The position numbers and the translations under genes were made by a program. Source: Nitrospirota bacterium (GTDB taxonomy: Bacteria > Nitrospirota > 9FT-COMBO-42-15 > HDB-SIOI813). From it: a stretch of 64,000 nt of DNA. Of the stretch, positions 37,983 through 44,855 are shown piece by piece. The notes beneath the pieces are model-generated. The model ran no database searches and was not told the DNA's origin. It saw only the letters and a list, made by a program, of their open reading frames with translations. The stretch lies in contig JACRGV010000047.1 of NCBI GenBank assembly GCA_016212215.1, positions 2,680 to 66,679 of the forward strand. Reading direction: 5' to 3'. Every line of letters begins with the position of its first letter. Positions within the stretch are counted from its first letter, which is position 1.

Positions 37983-39033
37983 GTCGAAATCCTTTCTTGC
38001 TTCTATCTTCTTGCGTCTTGTTTCCCGTTTCTTACTTCTTACTTCTTACTTCTTACTTCTTACTTCTATTTTAGCTCCCCGCCCTGCCTACGCTGCCCTT
38101 CAGCCCAGCCTTTCTATTGTAACAGGTTATTATATGCCGAGGCTTGATGAGTTGAACTATATTTTAAAATATAGAGAGGTTGAGCTTGGCCCCCGTAATA
38201 CAGAAGCAAAACCCTCACCATATCCTGTCATATATCAGGGCTATAGCCCTGAAGGTATGCCTAAGATGAGTCCTAAGTCCCCAAAGTTCGGACTCCAATT
38301 TCAGGTTGATATTAATCCCAGGTATTCTGTGTTTATTGGAAATAGTGTTGCTACTTATGATTCCGAGAAAAGAGACGTGAGGTCATTCTTTGTGGGTTTT
38401 TCAATACCTTCTGACCGTGTAACAAGGTTTTCCCTTTCATTGAATCAACTATGGATAGGGGTTAAGAGGAACTGGATATTTGAGGAAAAGGGGAAGCCAG
38501 AAGAAAGAAGCAAGAGGCAAGAAGCAAGAAGTAAGAAGGAAGAAGACGGAAGCAAGAAGCAAGAAGCAAGAAGTCAGAAACAAGAAGAAAGTCAGAAGCA
38601 AGAAGATAGAAGTAAGAAGGCAGAAGAGAAGCCTGCCTCAAAGCTTTATGTGGAGATGGGGGTGCTTGCTGTAACAAGGGCATATCTTACTACAGACGTG
38701 TGGTTGCATGTTTACGCCCCTGAGGAGGGTTTTGATTTCTATAAGGTTACGGAAACTCTGTCACAGGGATACGGATATGCAACCTTCATAGGTATAGGCG
38801 GGGAATACTTCATAAAGAAATGGATGTCATTAGGCTTGGATGCGGATTATACTATAGGCGGTGTCTCAAAGATAAAATATGCCAGGTACTTTACAGTAGA
38901 CCCTCTGGAGAAAGATATTATTAAACCAGGGGATAAGGTTACATATACAGATCTAAAGGTTGGCCGCGTTGCCCCATTGTTTATAAACTTAGAGGGAGTG
39001 GATATAAAGGGGCAGGTAAGGTTTTATTTTTAG
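37951..39033 (+). CDS. Outer-membrane beta-barrel protein with an in-frame repeat insertion. The likely start is the TTG near 37996, giving signal peptide (M)RLVSRFLLLTSYFLLLTSILAPRPAYA.
   Basis: Ends ..GQVRFYF (C-terminal aromatic). The central KPEERSKRQEARSKKEEDGSKKQEARSQKQEESQKQEDRSKK is encoded by heptamer repeats. The signal peptide is encoded by the reverse complement of the same repeat. Confidence 0.5.
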   Translation: MAYLKTGKPIKSKSFLASIFLRLVSRFLLLTSYFLLLTSILAPRPAYAALQPSLSIVTGYYMPRLDELNYILKYREVELGPRNTEAKPSPYPVIYQGYSPEGMPKMSPKSPKFGLQFQVDINPRYSVFIGNSVATYDSEKRDVRSFFVGFSIPSDRVTRFSLSLNQLWIGVKRNWIFEEKGKPEERSKRQEARSKKEEDGSKKQEARSQKQEESQKQEDRSKKAEEKPASKLYVEMGVLAVTRAYLTTDVWLHVYAPEEGFDFYKVTETLSQGYGYATFIGIGGEYFIKKWMSLGLDADYTIGGVSKIKYARYFTVDPLEKDIIKPGDKVTYTDLKVGRVAPLFINLEGVDIKGQVRFYF

Positions 39034-39299
39034 AAGAAAGGTGATTAGGCTGAAGTAAGAAGTAAGAAGTAAGAAGTAAGAAGATAACAACACCAGCCAT
39101 CAGGTTATTCCCGCATATCAGGTTACAGGTTATACACTTCAAATTTTTATATGTAACATTTATGCACACCTAATATAATTATAATAAAAACAATGAGTTA
39201 TGATGGTATTTATGGTTATAGCAGGCTATGTTTGTATAAAAGATATACACTGTTAAAGGTATTAGGTTATAAGTTGATACATATTCACATACTATGTTC

Positions 39300-39410
39300 T
39301 ATTTTCTTGCTTCTTGCTTCTTGCTTCTTGCTTCTCTATATTTTTTCTAACCTCTTGATTTTACAGCTTTGTTTTATTTATTCACTATTCACTATTCACT
39401 ATTCACTGTT
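39300..39410. repeat. Heptamer tandem arrays (TCTTGCT x4; TTCACTA x4)
   Basis: tcttgcttcttgcttcttgcttcttgcttc and ttcactattcactattcactattcactg. Confidence 0.85.
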
Positions 39411-39496
39411 TTATGGCATACCCCTTGCAATATCCTTATTCGTGTACGCTGAATAAAAACAGCGAAACTGACAATGAAAGGAGGTGAAACGTAATA

Positions 39497-40774
39497 ATGA
39501 AAAAAATAACAATTAAGACAAAAGGAGAAAAAATGAGAAAATTTATACTTCCTCTATTAGTAGCAGGGGCTGTTGCATTTACAGCAGCTCAGGCAATGGC
39601 AACAAGCGCTACCAGAACTGCATCCTTTGAAGAAAATCATGCATATCAAAATAGCTATGTTGGTGGTACTGTAACAACTATTGAAAACACAACTACACCT
39701 GGTAACCACTACAAGAAAACTGATATGTTAGAACAAGGCAGACATGGCGGCGGCAGTGGTGGATATCAGATTAGTTCTTCTATTCTGAAGAGCGTTGCAA
39801 TGGATTCAATTCCTGGTTGGGAGGCAGCCGACGGTTCAGTTGGTTATACAACCAATGCAAATCCATTTCAGGCAGGTTTAGTAGGTATTACTGATTATCC
39901 GTTGATGGCTCCTCGTTATACACAGCCATGTCCGGATTGGTTTGGTCCTAAAGGAACATGTCCGGCAAACGCTTATGCAGTTGATCCTCAGACTGAACCA
40001 GGTTCAGGTAATGACGCAATTGCATGGGATGGTATTGTGTTAGATGACCTATACCAGGCAGTCGGTGCTGATGACAGCAAGACGGATACAGTTTCAGGCG
40101 GTTCAATAGCAAACAGGACATTCGATCAGTGGTTAGATCAGCTCTTCTTAAACGGAAATGCACAGGGACATAACATGACTGTTATGGCCGGTACAACTGA
40201 TGTTACCACATACGGACGTCATTTTAACATCGCTGATACATTAGACCAGGATATCGCTGATTGGTCTACCTCATATCATGGAACAGTAGGTCAGTCAGCT
40301 AAGGACGAGACTACAGGTATCTATGGTAAGTTGACCATGATATTCCAGTTGGCAGGTAGAGTTACCGGTACACAAGCTTGCGCCAGCGGTGCAGGATTTA
40401 CCGAAGGTGGTGCACACAGACCAGGTGGAAACGTTCAGTGTGACTATGCACAGGCTGATGACACTTTAACCGGTGCACATCTTGGTGAAGGTGTAGGTTC
40501 ATTTGCAGCTCGGGCTGATGGAATGACTGCATGGAAACTTGATCAGTGGGTAGTATCAGATGTATGGGATTGGGTACACAAGGCAGATGGTGCTTTAGTT
40601 GCTGACCCTCATGCAGTTGATAAGAATGGCGGCGAAGGCGTAGCTCAGGGATACAGCTCATGGTTCAATGATGGAGCAGGTCAGAAGTTTGACTACATCT
40701 ACAACTATGATGGTTCCCATGGTACGATTGACAAGACCTTTACAAAAGGTGATCACACCCATCCGGATCCATAA
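39497..40774 (+). CDS. Hypothetical secreted protein
   Basis: Signal peptide MRKFILPLLVAGAVAFTAAQAMA (an alternative start is the ATG at 39533). Gly/Thr/Asp-rich. Strong SD AGGAGGT upstream and a terminator downstream. Confidence 0.4.
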   Translation: MKKITIKTKGEKMRKFILPLLVAGAVAFTAAQAMATSATRTASFEENHAYQNSYVGGTVTTIENTTTPGNHYKKTDMLEQGRHGGGSGGYQISSSILKSVAMDSIPGWEAADGSVGYTTNANPFQAGLVGITDYPLMAPRYTQPCPDWFGPKGTCPANAYAVDPQTEPGSGNDAIAWDGIVLDDLYQAVGADDSKTDTVSGGSIANRTFDQWLDQLFLNGNAQGHNMTVMAGTTDVTTYGRHFNIADTLDQDIADWSTSYHGTVGQSAKDETTGIYGKLTMIFQLAGRVTGTQACASGAGFTEGGAHRPGGNVQCDYAQADDTLTGAHLGEGVGSFAARADGMTAWKLDQWVVSDVWDWVHKADGALVADPHAVDKNGGEGVAQGYSSWFNDGAGQKFDYIYNYDGSHGTIDKTFTKGDHTHPDP

Positions 40775-40811
40775 TTCTGAATTAACTTGTAATCATGATA
40801 GTGATTATATT

Positions 40812-40841
40812 AAGGCCCTTGGAAACAAGGGCCTTTTTTTT
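40812..40841 (+). terminator. Rho-independent terminator
   Basis: aaggccctt-ggaaac-aagggcctt hairpin followed by TTTTTTTT. Confidence 0.75.
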
Positions 40842-40921
40842 GAGTAAGACAAGGTGAGAAGTAAGAAGTTAGAAGCAAGAAGGAAGAAGCAAGAAAGGAG
40901 GTAGAGACAATGAGATAAACT

Positions 40922-43900
40922 TTGACTGGAAAGGTTATTTCCGATATATTCAACGTCTTTATGATATTCTTAAAAATTAGAAATAGCTTTATTCGTGTTC
41001 TGATTCTTGCCTTTTTTTCTCTTACTTCTTACTTCTTGCTTCTTACTTCTTGCTTCTTATCTCTGTCCGGCAATAACTACGCCTATGCAGAGGAGGCACA
41101 GCCCACTGTCTCTTCTCCGCTTGAAAGGGGCATCCGGCTTCTGAATGAAAAGAAACCTGATGAGGCATTAAAGGCCTTTGAAGAGGCTTCATCCGTAAAT
41201 CCGACGGACCCCTTACCCTTTTACTATTCAGGTGTTGCGTATCATATTAAACGGCAGTTCGCCCCGGCCCTTAATGCATTAAACAAGGCATTAAATCTTC
41301 AGCCTAACATGCCGCCTGCCCTGCTCAGGATAGGTATGCTGTTTGAAGACGTGGGGAGGATTAACAATGCAAGGGAAGTTTATACCGACCTTATTGAAAC
41401 AGGTGTAGAAAATGAGTATGTTAAAGAGGCAAGGGAAAGGCTGAACAGGATTACATCAAAGGAACATTTCAAGAAGGCATCCCAGCTTTTTATCGGAAAA
41501 CAATATGAAGAGGCGCTTAAGGAACTGGATATAGTCTTATCCCTTACGCCTGAAGATGCTGAGGCACTTTTTTCTTCCGGAATGGTCTCTGTATTTTTAA
41601 AAAAACCTAAAGAGGCTGTGTATTTCTTTAAGAAGGCTTTAGAAAATAATCCAAACCATGTTAATGCACGTTTACAACTTGCGATTGTGTATGAGTCTCA
41701 GGGTGACTATGAAAATGCAATAAAGACTTTTAAAGAGCTTATTTCGTTCTCACCTAATTCTACTCAGGCAAAGGAGGCTGAGAAAAGGCTCGCAGAAGAT
41801 GAAAAACGATTTAAGGCCCGCGGCCATTTTGAGGCGACGGCAGAATTGATACGCAAAGAACTCTGGACAGAGGCCCTCGCTGAGGCAAAGAAGGTGTTGG
41901 AGGCAGAGCCTGATAATCCGGATGCACATTTCAATCTTGGTTTAATCCATTATAAACTTAAACAGAATGACCAGGCTATCGAGGCATTAAAACATGCGAT
42001 TGATGCTGACCCAAAACTTCAAAAGGCATACTACCAGCTTGGGGTTGTATATGATGATATGGCGAAATATAAGGAAGCGGTTGAGGAGTATGAAAAGACT
42101 ATTGCTATAGATGAAAAGGCAGAAGAGGCTACTAAGGCAAGGGAGCGTATTGAACTCATTAATTCTGTGAATGTAGAGGAGGAGGTAGCCAACGAGGTTA
42201 AGGAGCTTCTTAAAAACAAAGATGTTGACAGTGCCATAAAAGAGATAGAAGGTTTTTTAATGAGGAAGAAGGGGGATACAAAACTCCTGATGACCCTCGC
42301 TGCTTTATATCAGCGTGCAAATCGTTATCAGGATGTTGCCTCTACCCTGGAAAAACTGTTGAGTTTATCTCCAAAGGATATAAAGGCTCGTTTCTTCCTT
42401 GCAAATACTTATGAATTGATGAGGGAGTATGAAAAGGCATTAGATCAATACCGCATATTGGCAGATCAGGATAAAGAGACACCAAAGGGAAAAAAGGCAG
42501 AGGAGAAGGTGCAGAGATTAACATTACAGGTACATTATGACCGTGGTAAAAAGTATCTTCTATCAGGGAATTATGAGGCATCCCTGATAGAAATGAAGGC
42601 AGTCCTTGATGTTTCTCCTGATGAGCCGCTTGCACTTTTCAATATGGGTGTTCTTTATGACCGTCTAAATAGTCCTGACGAGGCAGTGTCATCTCTAAAA
42701 AAGGCAGTTACCATTGTTCCTGATTATACAATAGCCTACTTTCAACTTGGATTAGTTTATGAAAAGATGAGGAAGTTTGATGAGGCAAGAGATGCATTAC
42801 GTAAAGTCATAGAGATTGACAAAGAGGGTAAAGAGGCAAAGATAGCACAGGATAGGATCAATTCTCTGAAGGAAAACGAGGAATTAACCTTACGCCTAAA
42901 GGAAGCAATAGGTTTTATGGAAAAAAGGGAATGGGATAATGCGAGGAAGTCTATTGAGTCTCTATTAGTCACTCATCCATCCAACTATATGGGATATTAT
43001 TATCTCGGTATTATTCTGAATAGGTCAGGGATTATAGATGAGGCTAAGGCGGCTTTTAAGAAGGTTATCGCTATTAATCCAAAATTTGCGGCGATATATC
43101 TTCAACTTGGGGATATGTTGATGCAGGAGGGCGAATATGAAGAGGCAAGAAACAACTATGAGCAGGCGATCCTAATTAATAAAGATTCTCCGGAGGCGGC
43201 AACAGCCGGGGAACGACTTAAAAATCTGAAGGCATGGTGGGGTAGTTTTTCTATGAGTCACAGCTACAATTCAAACATAGCCTTCCGCTCTAAGGCACAG
43301 TCAAGTGCAAACTCCAATTATAACCTTGGGTTGAGCTATACAATGCTTCGCCGAAAAAATTGGAATATATCTACTGTACTATCCGGTAGTGAAGCCATTT
43401 ATTATGAAAGCCAATTTAAGGGGAATTCATACTCCGCTGCCTTAAACGGAACCCGTAATTTTCTGGATAAATATACCTTATCAGGCTCCGGAACATATAG
43501 CGCATCCTTTTTTGAAGGGAAACCGACTGTTGTCTCGACTCATTTCTCTGGAAATGCAGGGACAAATCCGGGAGGAATACCATCGTCAGCTACCCTTGCA
43601 TATTCTTTTTCCAACACAAGGTCTTTTGTAAATAAATTAAGTAATGCAAACCAACATAATCTGAATCTGTCACTCTCACAAAAAATGTCTGCACGGGATT
43701 CATTAACCGGTAGTTATGGATTCAGCATATATCAAAATCTTGATCCCATAGGCAGTAATTATGCAAACAGGACGCATGCTGTTTCTTTAAGTTACGGCCA
43801 CCACTTTTTTTCTTTTTTAAACCTGAGCCTCAGCTACTCAAGAAGCTTTATAAACTACAGTAACCCGGATTCAACAACACTTTTTCAGAGATACCGCAGT

Positions 43901-44131
43901 AATGTAAGTGAGGGAATGAATGGGGGGCTTAGCGTCTCTTTTTCAGAAGATGTTTCATTGTCTTTCAGCTATACTTTTTCCTATGCAATAAATCGTACAA
44001 ACCTTGCGCCGTTAACGGCGGAAGAACAGCAACAACTGAAGGACCTCCTGTCTACCCCACTTCCAACAGTCGGCGGCGGGGGAGGATATACTGCACACAA
44101 TGCAGGTTTATCATTAAGCGTTCGCTTTTAG
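40922..44131 (+). CDS. Outer-membrane protein with a periplasmic TPR-repeat domain and a C-terminal beta-barrel (PgaA/BcsC-like architecture)
   Basis: At least 14 TPR units across residues 60-780. The C-terminal roughly 290 aa is Ser/Tyr/Asn-rich with alternating strands and ends ..LSLSVRF. The signal peptide FFSLTSYFLLLTSCFLSLSGNNYAYA is encoded by reverse-complement heptamer repeats. Confidence 0.65.
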   Translation: MTGKVISDIFNVFMIFLKIRNSFIRVLILAFFSLTSYFLLLTSCFLSLSGNNYAYAEEAQPTVSSPLERGIRLLNEKKPDEALKAFEEASSVNPTDPLPFYYSGVAYHIKRQFAPALNALNKALNLQPNMPPALLRIGMLFEDVGRINNAREVYTDLIETGVENEYVKEARERLNRITSKEHFKKASQLFIGKQYEEALKELDIVLSLTPEDAEALFSSGMVSVFLKKPKEAVYFFKKALENNPNHVNARLQLAIVYESQGDYENAIKTFKELISFSPNSTQAKEAEKRLAEDEKRFKARGHFEATAELIRKELWTEALAEAKKVLEAEPDNPDAHFNLGLIHYKLKQNDQAIEALKHAIDADPKLQKAYYQLGVVYDDMAKYKEAVEEYEKTIAIDEKAEEATKARERIELINSVNVEEEVANEVKELLKNKDVDSAIKEIEGFLMRKKGDTKLLMTLAALYQRANRYQDVASTLEKLLSLSPKDIKARFFLANTYELMREYEKALDQYRILADQDKETPKGKKAEEKVQRLTLQVHYDRGKKYLLSGNYEASLIEMKAVLDVSPDEPLALFNMGVLYDRLNSPDEAVSSLKKAVTIVPDYTIAYFQLGLVYEKMRKFDEARDALRKVIEIDKEGKEAKIAQDRINSLKENEELTLRLKEAIGFMEKREWDNARKSIESLLVTHPSNYMGYYYLGIILNRSGIIDEAKAAFKKVIAINPKFAAIYLQLGDMLMQEGEYEEARNNYEQAILINKDSPEAATAGERLKNLKAWWGSFSMSHSYNSNIAFRSKAQSSANSNYNLGLSYTMLRRKNWNISTVLSGSEAIYYESQFKGNSYSAALNGTRNFLDKYTLSGSGTYSASFFEGKPTVVSTHFSGNAGTNPGGIPSSATLAYSFSNTRSFVNKLSNANQHNLNLSLSQKMSARDSLTGSYGFSIYQNLDPIGSNYANRTHAVSLSYGHHFFSFLNLSLSYSRSFINYSNPDSTTLFQRYRSNVSEGMNGGLSVSFSEDVSLSFSYTFSYAINRTNLAPLTAEEQQQLKDLLSTPLPTVGGGGGYTAHNAGLSLSVRF

Positions 44132-44855
44132 CGTTCATCCGAAAATCCCTTCCGGCGGGGTAAGAAAACCCCGCCTACCCATATCTATGAGGATAGGCGG
44201 GATATTCTTGTCCCGTTGATTTTCATGGCCCTTTGTGAGCGCCCCGCTCATGAGGGTTCATCCGAAAATAACCCCCCCATGCCCCCCCTTGAACAAAGGG
44301 GGGGATTGCCGTTGGCCATTGAGCACCAAAGGAACTTTCCCCCCCCTTAACAAGGGGGGGCTTGGGGGGGTGGTTTTCATCCTCCTTTGTGAAACCTCCG
44401 TTTCATGACAGTTCACCCGAAAATCTCCGCTAATTGCCCGTCATGGTTCGACAGGCTCACCATGACACCTTGGCTGTCATTCTGAGAAATGTAGCGTCGG
44501 GGTTTATCCCCGACGTCTAAAGCTCATCTACCGTAGACCTCCAAGTTAGCCTTCTGAGACGTTGGGGATAAACCCCAACGCTACGAAAACCATTGTACAG
44601 AATTTTCATCCCCCTTTGTGAGCGCCCCGCTCATGAGGGTTCATCCGAAAATCAACCCCATCCCCACCCTACCCCTCCCCTTGAAGGGGCGGGAATCAAC
44701 ATAGCCCCCTCTCCCTCAGGGAGAGCTGCAATTAAATTCCTTCCAAATCCCTCCCCCCTCTTTTGCGGGGGGAGGCAGGAGGGGGGATCAGGGTGAGGGT
44801 GGGGTTTTCATTGCCCTTTGTGGTCGCCCCTCATGACGGTTCTATGGCATAGTTA
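44132..44855. repeat. Large intergenic block of REP modules, including the inverted copy of the roughly 250-bp composite element and a distinct 160-nt nested-hairpin element
   Basis: gggacaag modules (44150..44230), polyC/polyG palindromes (44270..44390), a nested hairpin (44440..44600), and the inverted composite copy (44625..44855). Confidence 0.85.

Noticed and set aside
39193-39456. 87-aa ORF upstream of the secreted protein gene
   Set aside because: It is composed of heptamer-array translations (LLLASCFLLL, FTIHYSLFYG) and has no RBS. It sits in the promoter region of the gene at 39497.
40896-40921. Alternative upstream start (ATG at 40909 after AGGAGG) for the TPR-barrel gene
   Set aside because: That ATG is followed two codons later by a stop (atg aga taa). 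It may be a tiny leader ORF, but it is not the start of the main gene.
44440-44600. Possible tRNA or tmRNA-like structure in the nested hairpin region
   Set aside because: No acceptor/T-arm consensus (GTTCRANYC) or CCA context. The arms are simple inverted repeats, so it is kept only as a candidate sRNA/MITE finding.
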